Assembly: GCA_028873075.1 (NCBI GenBank)
Contig: JAGWND010000001.1
Coordinates: forward strand, 1-54,414
Direction of reading: 5' to 3'
DNA from: Bacteroidota bacterium
GTDB lineage: Bacteria > Bacteroidota > Ignavibacteria > UBA10030 > UBA8401
DNA length: 54,414 bases
Part shown: positions 36,370 to 44,146 of the stretch, piece after piece
Numbering within the stretch: the first letter of the stretch is position 1
Layout of the letters: every line of letters starts with the position of its first letter
Notes under the pieces: generated by a model
Told to the model about the DNA's origin: nothing
What the model saw: the letters and a program-made list of their open reading frames with translations, nothing else
Databases searched by the model: none
Translations under genes and position numbers: made by a program

Positions 36370-38583
36370 ATGAAAAAGAATTTTCTTACAATACAACCGA
36401 ATCATAGCCATTCCCGCCCCGCTTACAGCGGGGTAAACTCCAGCGGGAATCCATTCTTTAATCAAATTTTTGCAAATGGATTCCCGACAAAAGCGTTCGG
36501 GAATAACGCCATTGTTGTTGCGCGCAACTTCTGTGTTTTGCTCCTTCTTGCAATTCTTTTTGTTGCCCCGTCATCGGCGCAGCTTGACCGCAGCAAAATT
36601 CCTCCGCCGGGACCGGCGCCGGCAATCGCGTTTCCGAATTACGAGCTGCTGACAACGCGCAACGGCATCCGCGTCATCATCGTGCGAAACACCGAACTGC
36701 CGACCGTGAGCATGCACTTGCTGATTGACCGTAAGCCCGCTCTCGAAGGAACATATGCAGGCGTTATTGATATTGCCGGACAATTGCTGCGTGACGGAAC
36801 GACAACGCGCACAAAAGACCAGCTCGATGAAGAAGTGGACGTGATCGGCGCCGAACTTTCCTCCGGCGGTACTACTGTTTCCGCTTCAGGGCTTTCGAAA
36901 TACACCGGAAAGCTGTTTGAATTGATGTCCGACATTACGCTCCGTCCCTCGTTCCCGCAGGATGAGCTTGACAAACTGAAAATGCAAACCGAATCGGGAC
37001 TGAAATTCAGAAAGACCGAGCCGAACGCCATCGTGAATGTCGTGCGCCAGAGAATTCTCTACGGCAACAATCACCCGTACGGCGAAGTGGAAACGGAACA
37101 AACAGTCGCCAACATCACGCGCGACAAGTGCATTGAAACGTACAACGCATACTTCAAGCCGAACCACGCCATTCTTGCAGTGGTCGGCGACGTGAAGAAA
37201 GATGAAGTGATGAAGCTCGTTGAAAAATATTTCGGCACGTGGAACGAAGGCGACGTCCCGAACCCGACATTCGAAACGCCGAAGCCGCTCGACCGCACCG
37301 AGGTCGCGCTGGTTGACCGCGCAAGCTCCGTGCAATCGGTCATCCGCATTGCACAAACGGTCGAACTGCAGCGCACATCGCCCGACGTGATGCCGGTTTC
37401 CGTGATGAACACATTGTTAGGCGGCGGTTCGTATTTCCGGCTATTCGAAAATCTCCGGGAAAAGCACGGCTACACCTACGGCGCGTACAGCAGCATCGGA
37501 CCGGATGAGTTGATCGGCGCTTTCACCGCATCAACCTCCGCCCGGAATTCCGTTACCGACAGCTCGATCGCACAAATGATCTACGAAATCAAGCGCATCC
37601 GCGCTGAAAAACCGGACAGCACCGAGCTGCAGATGGCGAAGAATTACATGAGCGGCGGCTTCGTGCGAAGCCTTGAAAATCCCGGCACCATCGCGCAGGA
37701 CGCTATCGAGATCGAGCGGTACCATCTTCCGAAAAATTATTACAAGACATATCTCAAACGCCTCGATGAAGTAACCGCCGGCGATGTCGAGCAGGCGGCG
37801 GAAAAATATCTGCATCCCGATCATGAACTGATCGCCGTTGTCGGGAAAGCGAGCGAGATCAAAAGCACGTTAACGCAATTCGGTCCGGTGGCGATGTATG
37901 ATGAAGAAGGAAATCTGATTCCCGAGAAACCGGCGGAAAACATCACGATCACCCCGGACGAAATTTTCAACAAGTTCATGGAAAAATCCGGCGGCAAAGC
38001 AAAGTTAGATTCCATCAAAGACAAGACAATGGAAATGAGCGGCACAATGATGGGCATGACAATTTCTGTAAAAACTGTCGAGAAGGCGCCGAACAAAGTG
38101 TACTCCGAATCGAAGTTCGGAGAATTTTCACAGAAGACGGGCTTCGACGGCGAGCACGGATGGATGTCGTCGGCACGCGGCGAGATGGAGATGACCGGAA
38201 AGCAGCTTGAAGGGATGAAGATCGAAGCGCAGACGAATTTCTACGAGCATTACAAAGAAATGGGTGTTACTCCGATCATCGCAGGGACAAAAATTATTTC
38301 AGGAAAGGGCTGCTACGAAGTGCATTTCACAACGGCGGACAGCGTCGAGTTCAGCCAGTATTTTTCCAAAGATGATTTCCTGAAAGTACGCGATGCGAAA
38401 ACGCTCGACACGCCGCAAGGCCCGATTGAACAGATCACCGATTACTCGGACTATAAAGATTTCAACGGTTATCTCGTGCCGACACACATTGTGCAAAGCG
38501 TGATGGGACGATCAATAGAATTGAAGCTTGACAAGTTCAGCGTGAACACCGGCGTGGAGGATTCGCTGTTTGTGAAGCCGTGA
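36370..38583 (+). CDS. M16 family peptidase-like protein lacking HxxEH (non-catalytic partner) with a C-terminal extra domain
   Basis: 737 aa with an AAGGAG Shine-Dalgarno 8 nt before the ATG. It has M16 fold motifs but no HxxEH. About 45 unusual codons precede the signal-peptide-like segment. Confidence 0.85.
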   Translation: MKKNFLTIQPNHSHSRPAYSGVNSSGNPFFNQIFANGFPTKAFGNNAIVVARNFCVLLLLAILFVAPSSAQLDRSKIPPPGPAPAIAFPNYELLTTRNGIRVIIVRNTELPTVSMHLLIDRKPALEGTYAGVIDIAGQLLRDGTTTRTKDQLDEEVDVIGAELSSGGTTVSASGLSKYTGKLFELMSDITLRPSFPQDELDKLKMQTESGLKFRKTEPNAIVNVVRQRILYGNNHPYGEVETEQTVANITRDKCIETYNAYFKPNHAILAVVGDVKKDEVMKLVEKYFGTWNEGDVPNPTFETPKPLDRTEVALVDRASSVQSVIRIAQTVELQRTSPDVMPVSVMNTLLGGGSYFRLFENLREKHGYTYGAYSSIGPDELIGAFTASTSARNSVTDSSIAQMIYEIKRIRAEKPDSTELQMAKNYMSGGFVRSLENPGTIAQDAIEIERYHLPKNYYKTYLKRLDEVTAGDVEQAAEKYLHPDHELIAVVGKASEIKSTLTQFGPVAMYDEEGNLIPEKPAENITITPDEIFNKFMEKSGGKAKLDSIKDKTMEMSGTMMGMTISVKTVEKAPNKVYSESKFGEFSQKTGFDGEHGWMSSARGEMEMTGKQLEGMKIEAQTNFYEHYKEMGVTPIIAGTKIISGKGCYEVHFTTADSVEFSQYFSKDDFLKVRDAKTLDTPQGPIEQITDYSDYKDFNGYLVPTHIVQSVMGRSIELKLDKFSVNTGVEDSLFVKP
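36410..36504. repeat. cluster of overlapping hairpins built on ATTCCCG/CGGGAAT words, inside the 5' end of the M16-like ORF
   Basis: ATTCCCGC (36410-17) pairs with GCGGGAAT (36443-50), enclosing CCCCGC-TTACA-GCGGGG. GGGAATCCATT (36445-55) pairs with AATGGATTCCC (36475-85). ATTCCCGA (36480-87) pairs with TCGGGAAT (36497-504). Confidence 0.8.
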
Positions 38584-38603
38584 GTGATTGGCGAATGCAT
38601 CGG

Positions 38604-38634
38604 AGATCTCGTTTACTACATAGTAAACTGATCT
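38604..38634 (+). terminator. hairpin after the M16-like gene (AGATC..GTTTACT-ACAT-AGTAAAC..GATCT)
   Basis: It forms 5 + 7 bp and starts 21 nt after the TGA stop. The T tract is weak (TCTTCTT). Confidence 0.4.
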
Positions 38635-38786
38635 TCTTACGATAAGGTGTTCTCACGCAAGAGCGTGGGAACGAGATGAAAATGAATTGTAATTTCTTTC
38701 AATTAAGAGAGAAGTTGGATAACATTTAACAGTTCACATTATTTAACAGAGGGCATTATAATATTAGTTAGCCCGCATCAACAGCG

Positions 38787-39014
38787 ATGGCTAAAACAAT
38801 CAAGGAGCAGCGTATGGAACAACAAAAAACCCAGCAGATGCCGCCTCAAATGGCGCAACAATGTTCTGATTGTAATGGGACTGGACGTTGTAAATATTGT
38901 AAAGGTTCGGGTAAATGGGGCTACCCTGGTTATGGCAAGCCCGGCGACAAACCTTGTCCAAACTGTCAAGGTTCGGGTGTTTGTCAATGGTGTCGAGGAC
39001 GTGGTACACGTTAA
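38787..39014 (+). CDS. small DnaJ-type (CR-type) zinc-finger protein with four CxxCxGxG repeats
   Basis: CSDCNGTG, CKYCKGSG, CPNCQGSG and CQWCRGRG follow a Gln-rich N-terminus. An AGGAG Shine-Dalgarno 6 nt before the internal ATG 38814 favours a 66-aa product. Confidence 0.6.
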   Translation: MAKTIKEQRMEQQKTQQMPPQMAQQCSDCNGTGRCKYCKGSGKWGYPGYGKPGDKPCPNCQGSGVCQWCRGRGTR

Positions 39015-39018
39015 TTCA

Positions 39019-39051
39019 AAATGGGAATGAGAGAAACTCTCATTCCCATTT
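39019..39051 (+). terminator. perfect 15-bp hairpin between the two cassette genes (AAATGGGAATGAGAG-AAA-CTCTCATTCCCATTT)
   Basis: It starts 5 nt after the stop codon and is followed by GCTAATTTTG, a weak U tract. Confidence 0.6.
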
Positions 39052-39083
39052 GCTAATTTTGATGCGCAAATTGATTGCTACTA

Positions 39084-39491
39084 ATGGAAAGATTTGATTT
39101 TATATTATCAGAACAAGAGTCTATTTCGCTTCAAGAACGCAACTTAAATACGGGAGATATTGCTGTTGAAATTTGTAAGATTTATTTTCAGCACCAATAT
39201 ATTGGCGCAACTTTTATAGAAAATCCAGAAGCCGGCGTTGATTTGGAAGTAATTGTTCCCCAACGACCAAATCTTCAAATTGAAGTGAAGGGCACTGAAG
39301 AACGAGGGCTTGCACCATACCAACTTGGCGTTTCTGGTAATCATTCATTTCAGCGTCTCTTTAATGGCTTGCCATTGTATAGAGTTTCCAATGTTCGTCA
39401 ACGAGAGATTACGATTTGGATACTTACTTGTCCTGCTGACTTCAGAATGGAACCAGAACCACGTTGGAGAATAATTCTCAATCAAAACTAA
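39084..39491 (+). CDS. hypothetical protein with a PD-(D/E)xK restriction-endonuclease-like motif arrangement (DUF3883/NERD-like size)
   Basis: 135 aa from ATG 39084. DIAVEICK ... GVDLEVIV-10 aa-LQIEVKGT follows the E / D / ExK pattern. I see no clear Shine-Dalgarno. Confidence 0.55.
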   Translation: MERFDFILSEQESISLQERNLNTGDIAVEICKIYFQHQYIGATFIENPEAGVDLEVIVPQRPNLQIEVKGTEERGLAPYQLGVSGNHSFQRLFNGLPLYRVSNVRQREITIWILTCPADFRMEPEPRWRIILNQN

Positions 39492-39618
39492 TTAAATACA
39501 CATATAATGCGGGCAAACCTCTTTAATAAGTAAAAAGCTAAGAGATTTACTGAATAGTGCGAAACACGATAGCAAGCGGGGAGCTTCAGAAATGTGTAGA
39601 TTGTAGTATAGAAAATAG

Positions 39619-39643
39619 ATGCCCGATAAAAACATTCGGGCAT
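39619..39643. repeat. hairpin ATGCCCGA-TAAAAACAT-TCGGGCAT, same geometry as 36480-36504
   Basis: An 8-bp stem with a 9-nt loop. The stem differs from the other copy by a compensated pair, and the loops read YAAAARCRT. Confidence 0.7.
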
Positions 39644-39675
39644 GACGACCTTATCCAAAAACAAAGGAGTAAATC

Positions 39676-40602
39676 ATGACCACTTCATTCTTTATTGTTG
39701 CGTTCACCGCTTTAGGTATTGCTCTGCTCGGTGCGAGAGCAAGGAACGTCGCTTATCCCGTTAATTTTAAGAAACTCGGATATGCAAGCTTCGGGTTAGC
39801 GGTCGTAGCTTTTATCGGCGGTTCGTTTACCATTATTGAGCCGGGGTACGTCGGCGTTCCCGTCACATTCGGCAACGTGGGGTCACACTCTCTTCCTGCC
39901 GGATTTCACCCGATATTCTTTTTGACCGATGTCTATAAAATGTCCATTCAGACGAAAGATTATACCATGTCTTCGGTCCGCAGCGAAGGTGCCAGAGAGG
40001 GCGACGATGCTGTCGCCACGCTGTCGCGCGATCAGCTTATCCTGAAATTTGATGTGACTGTCTGGTTTCATTTAGATCCGTCGCAGGCAAATAATGTGTA
40101 CAGCAATATTGGTTTGAATTACGAAGATGTGATTGTGAGGCCGGCGATCAGAACTGCGCTGGTCAATGCCGCCACGAAGTTTGATGCCAGCGACGTGATG
40201 TCGCTCCAGCGAGATGCCTACACGAAAATGGTTACCGATTTATTGTTAGGGGAGTTGAGCGGCAAAGGTGTCGTTTTGGACCGTGTGCTTATCAGGAACG
40301 TAGAACCGCCCGAAACCGTCAGCGATGCGATTGCAGCGAAGCTGAAAGCTTCCCAGCAAGCGCAGCAAATGGAATACACCATACAGTACGCTCAGAAGGA
40401 AGCACAGCGAAAAGCGATCGAGGCGCAGGGCATCGCAAACGCTCAAAAAATAATCAACAACGGATTGACGCAGAACTATCTGCAATGGTATTACATCTCT
40501 CAGCTTAAAGAGCTGGTGAATAGCCCCAACAACACAACACTCATTTTGCCGTACGATCAAAAACTGATGCCGCTCTTGAATATCGGCGGCGGCAAGAAGT
40601 AA
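39676..40602 (+). CDS. SPFH/Band-7 (prohibitin/HflC-like) membrane protein
   Basis: 308 aa with an AAAGGAG Shine-Dalgarno and an N-terminal TM. The SPFH core includes IIEPGYVGVPVTFG and a coiled-coil AQQMEY..AQKEAQRKAIEAQGIANAQ. Confidence 0.9.
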   Translation: MTTSFFIVAFTALGIALLGARARNVAYPVNFKKLGYASFGLAVVAFIGGSFTIIEPGYVGVPVTFGNVGSHSLPAGFHPIFFLTDVYKMSIQTKDYTMSSVRSEGAREGDDAVATLSRDQLILKFDVTVWFHLDPSQANNVYSNIGLNYEDVIVRPAIRTALVNAATKFDASDVMSLQRDAYTKMVTDLLLGELSGKGVVLDRVLIRNVEPPETVSDAIAAKLKASQQAQQMEYTIQYAQKEAQRKAIEAQGIANAQKIINNGLTQNYLQWYYISQLKELVNSPNNTTLILPYDQKLMPLLNIGGGKK

Positions 40603-40639
40603 GAGCACGCTCTTGATGATTTAACCGCAGGAGAAAGCG

Positions 40640-40897
40640 ATGCTGGAACTTCGTCCGAATTGCGAATGCTGCAATAAAGATTTGCCGCCGGATTCGACCG
40701 AGGCGATGATCTGCACGTTTGAATGCACGTTTTGCCGGGATTGCGTCGAAAACGTCCTTCATTTCGTCTGCCCGAATTGCGGCGGCGGATTTGTTCAGCG
40801 TCCGATTAGACCGAAGGAGATGCTGCTCAAATATCCGGCGTCAACAAAACGCGTTTACAAACCGGAAGGGTGTAGAAAGATTGACAATTCTTCTTAA
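40640..40897 (+). CDS. DUF1272 domain protein (Cys-rich zinc-ribbon-like)
   Basis: 85 aa. MLELRPNCECCNKDLPPDS..A.IC.FECTFC..C.......CPNCGG..V.RPIRP matches my recollection of the DUF1272 signature. Confidence 0.8.
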   Translation: MLELRPNCECCNKDLPPDSTEAMICTFECTFCRDCVENVLHFVCPNCGGGFVQRPIRPKEMLLKYPASTKRVYKPEGCRKIDNSS

Positions 40898-40941
40898 AAA
40901 AACTATTTTAAGCTGTAGAAGAAAGGCACGGTTTATTCATA

Positions 40942-41169
40942 ATGCATACTTTTGATGAAACACTCGATGCGGTAATGAATCTTTCTCCGCAGGAACGCGA
41001 AACTCTTGTTGAAATACTTGAGCAGAGAAGAATTGAGGAGTGGAGGAAGGAAACCGCAGAAATGGTAAAAGAGAACACGGCACTCTATAAAACCGGACAA
41101 ATTCTTCCTCAAACTGCCGATGAAGTGATACACAAGCTCCACGCTGCTCTCGATACGCCTGATGAATAA
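40942..41169 (+). CDS. putative type II antitoxin (addiction-module component-like)
   Basis: 75 aa, helical and acidic, with LSPQERETLVEILEQ. The stop overlaps the ATG of a RelE/ParE-like remnant (ATGAATAA). Confidence 0.5.
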   Translation: MHTFDETLDAVMNLSPQERETLVEILEQRRIEEWRKETAEMVKENTALYKTGQILPQTADEVIHKLHAALDTPDE

Positions 41170-41456
41170 ACCCATTCTCTCCCCGCAATTCACGCGTTCC
41201 TACAAAAAAGTTTGTCCGCAGGCAGCCTTCCTTGAAAGAGAAAATTGATGAAACGCTTCGTCTCTTAGAAAAAGATATTGATGATCACCGACTTCAAACT
41301 CACAAATTATTCGGAGTTCTTTGGGTTGTTTAGCGTGCAGTTGCGGTTACAACTGTAGAATTGTTTTTCAATATCATAAGGACGAAGGCTCCGACGAAGG
41401 AATAATGACACTGATGAGGATCGGTACACATCAACAAGTGTATTAACCTTCCTCAG
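41162..41456 (+). pseudogene. RelE/ParE-family toxin remnant with two compensating frameshifts
   Basis: Frame 1 reads MNKPILSPQFTRSYKK. The +1 frame reads KFVRRQPSLKEKIDETLRLLEKDIDDHRLQTHKLFG. Back in frame 1 it reads SSLGCLACSCGYNCRIVFQYHKDEGSDEGIMTLMRIGTHQQVY*. The shifts lie at an A6 run (41204-09) and at a TTTGGG run (~41312). Confidence 0.6.
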
Positions 41457-41507
41457 TTTCTTCCCCTCCAACATCCTTCTTAAATACTTCAGAAAAGGTA
41501 ACTCACC

Positions 41508-42554
41508 ATGAGACCCGAACAATGGGAAACATTCAAAAAGGCGGCGCGCCGTGAAAAGTTGGACAAAGTTCCGATGGCGCTGATCATTGACAGCCCGTGG
41601 ATTCCCGGCTACCTCGGCATCAGCCACATGGATTATTATCTCGATCCTGAATTGTGGTTCCAGTCCAATCTGAAAGTTCACAAAGAATATCCCGATGTCA
41701 TTTTTGTTCCGTCATGGTGGATGGAGTACGGCATGGCGGCAGAGCCTTCCGCGCTCGGCGTGAAGATAAAATTTTATCAGGACAACACGCCGAATGAATA
41801 CCACACGCTCAGCAACATCGAGGATGTAGAAAATTTTCCCGAGCACGAAGTGGAAAACGATGCCTTCATGGCGCTGACGCTCCACCGCATCAGAATGCAG
41901 CGGCAGCGCATTTTGGACACGGGGGAAATCCTTCCTCTCGTTACGTCACGCGGTCCGCTCTGCACTGCCGGATTTGTCCGCGGCATCACGGAGTTTATGT
42001 ACGACCTCGTTGACAAGCCGGAAGCAGCACACACACTCATCAGTCTCTGCACCAATCTTATTATTGACTGGCTCAAAGCGCAGCAGAAAGCGATGGGAGA
42101 AACCGTCGAGGGAATTTTTATTTTGGACGACATTGTCGGGTTCATCAACGAAGAACACTACATGGAATTCGCGCATCCGTATCTAAAAAAGATTTGTGAT
42201 GCTTTCCCGGAAGACTGGGTGAAAATTTATCACAACGATGCTCAAATAACAGCATGCCTCGATCATTTGCCTGACTGCGGGTTCAACGTTTTGAACTGGG
42301 GAAAGCAAACCGACATTTCCGAAGTGAAGCGCCGCGTCGGCAACAGGATATGTCTTATGGGAAATGTGAATCCTCTTGAGGTCGGCGTGCGCGGGACGCC
42401 GGAGGAAGTGCGTCGCGCCACGCTCGACGTTCTTGAAAAAAGCGGCGGCGAAGGAATCATCCTTTCTGTCGGCGGCGGAACGAGCCCGGGCATGCCGAGG
42501 GAGAATATTTTAGCAATGCTCGGCGCGCTGAATGATTACAACGCAAAACGGTAA
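41508..42554 (+). CDS. uroporphyrinogen decarboxylase (URO-D) family protein, MtaA/CmuA-like
   Basis: 348 aa. The overall URO-D-like pattern includes ILSVGGGTSPGMPRENILAM at the C-terminus. Confidence 0.7.
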   Translation: MRPEQWETFKKAARREKLDKVPMALIIDSPWIPGYLGISHMDYYLDPELWFQSNLKVHKEYPDVIFVPSWWMEYGMAAEPSALGVKIKFYQDNTPNEYHTLSNIEDVENFPEHEVENDAFMALTLHRIRMQRQRILDTGEILPLVTSRGPLCTAGFVRGITEFMYDLVDKPEAAHTLISLCTNLIIDWLKAQQKAMGETVEGIFILDDIVGFINEEHYMEFAHPYLKKICDAFPEDWVKIYHNDAQITACLDHLPDCGFNVLNWGKQTDISEVKRRVGNRICLMGNVNPLEVGVRGTPEEVRRATLDVLEKSGGEGIILSVGGGTSPGMPRENILAMLGALNDYNAKR

Positions 42555-42652
42555 GGAAGAAACGGTTTCTGGATATTTTAAAAAATATTAATGCCGCGTT
42601 GCTCTGGAGTTTTCACGAAGTGATCCCTTAGGAAACTCAAGAACTGAACCCT

Positions 42653-42675
42653 GTGCGGGAGTTCAACTCCCGCAC
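42653..42675. repeat. dispersed hairpin GTGCGGGAG-TTCAA-CTCCCGCAC, copy 2
   Basis: A 9-bp perfect stem. The upstream TCTGGAGTTT word is also shared with copy 1. Confidence 0.8.
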
Positions 42676-42737
42676 AACTAAGGAATCGTCAAAAAATTTC
42701 CTGCCATTTTCCATTTCTCCTCTTCCCTTTTCTTCTC

Positions 42738-43985
42738 TCACCATCTCCGCGGTGCGTCTTTCACGCAGCGGACGGTGTCGCGTGCAATGAGCAGCTCTTC
42801 ATTCGTCGGGATGACAAAAATTTTCACGCGCGACGATCGCTTCTGAATTTCTCCTTCTTTTCCTGCACGGGTTTCCGCGTTGAGCGATTCGTCCATCTCG
42901 ATGCCTAACCATTCGAGTCCCTCGCAAATCCGTTTTCTGATCGTCGGAGAATTTTCGCCGATGCCGCCGGTGAAGACAATCGCATCCGCACCGTTCATCT
43001 CAGCAAGATACGCGCCGATATATTTTTTCACGCGCTGGCAGAAAATTTCGATCGCCATCTTTGCGCGGCGGTCCTGATTTTCCTTTTCTTCGTCAATCAG
43101 GTCGCGCATATCGTTCGTCAGCCCGGAAATACCCAATAATCCCGACTGCTTGTTCAACAACGTATCAATTTCACCGATGCCCATTCCTTCTTTGTGCATC
43201 AGATATTCGATAATGGAAGGATCAATGTCGCCGGAGCGTGTTCCCATCACCAATCCTTCGAGCGGTGTCAGTCCCATGCTCGTGTCGACCGATTCGCCGT
43301 TCTTGATCGCGCACGCAGAACAGCCGTTTCCCAAATGAAGCGTGATGATATTCGTTTGTTCGCGCTCAATGCGCATCAGCTGCCGGTAACGGTAGCCGAC
43401 GTAGCGGTGCGACGTGCCGTGAAATCCGTACCGGCGGATTTTGTGCCGGCGATACAATTGATACGGAATGGCGTAAAGGAACGACCGCTCCGGCATCGTC
43501 GAGTGAAACGATGTATCGAACACCGCCACCTGCGGAATTCCGGTGCCGAATAATTCTATCGCTGCGTGAATGCCTTTCAGGTTTGCAGGATTGTGAAGCG
43601 GCGCGAGATCAATGCAGTCTTCAATACCTTTGATGATCTCATCGTTGATGATAACCGAGCGGCTGAATTTTTCCGCGCCGTGCACGACACGGTGTCCGAT
43701 GGCGTGAATATCCGCGAGCGAGCGGATGCCCGGAATGCCTGCTTCAGGAGAAATGATCCACCGTGCAAGAAAATCGAGCGCAGCGCGGTGGTCGCGCAGC
43801 GGTACCGCCTGCTTCACCGGCGATTTTCCCGCTGCTTCGAACGTAACGAGCGCTTGACTGCCGATGCGTTCGATAATGCCTTTAGCGCGCTGCACGTCGG
43901 CGTCGGTTTCGATAAGGTTGAGATCGGTTTCAATGATTTGGAATTTGAGCGACGAGCTGCCGCAATTAAGCACGAGAATATTCAT
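42738..43985 (-). CDS. ackA: acetate kinase
   Basis: 415 aa from ATG 43985, with MNILVLNCGSSSLKFQ, HRVVHGAEKF and GFHGTSH motifs. Confidence 0.95.
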   Translation of the reverse strand: MNILVLNCGSSSLKFQIIETDLNLIETDADVQRAKGIIERIGSQALVTFEAAGKSPVKQAVPLRDHRAALDFLARWIISPEAGIPGIRSLADIHAIGHRVVHGAEKFSRSVIINDEIIKGIEDCIDLAPLHNPANLKGIHAAIELFGTGIPQVAVFDTSFHSTMPERSFLYAIPYQLYRRHKIRRYGFHGTSHRYVGYRYRQLMRIEREQTNIITLHLGNGCSACAIKNGESVDTSMGLTPLEGLVMGTRSGDIDPSIIEYLMHKEGMGIGEIDTLLNKQSGLLGISGLTNDMRDLIDEEKENQDRRAKMAIEIFCQRVKKYIGAYLAEMNGADAIVFTGGIGENSPTIRKRICEGLEWLGIEMDESLNAETRAGKEGEIQKRSSRVKIFVIPTNEELLIARDTVRCVKDAPRRW

Positions 43986-44146
43986 GGTTGTTGTCTTTCG
44001 AAAGAAGGTAACGCGCACTAATGTACTGAATTTTCTTGAAATGCACATGCGCCCCGGAACATTTTTCTTGCATCTTACCTGCCGTTTTCTTTCTTACATA
44101 ATAGGATCGTACGCGGGGAAACAACGACACCGAAGGAACAAACGTC

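Noticed and set aside
38676-38729. A 17-codon micro-ORF (MKMNCNFFQLREKLDNI) upstream of the Zn-finger gene could be a leader peptide.
   Set aside because: It has only a weak Shine-Dalgarno-like sequence and no conservation evidence is available. ORFs of this size arise by chance in AT-rich DNA.
41411-41418. CTGATGAG, the hammerhead ribozyme core word.
   Set aside because: There is no downstream CGAAA core or stem II/III pairing. It lies in the TLMRIGTH coding segment of the toxin remnant.
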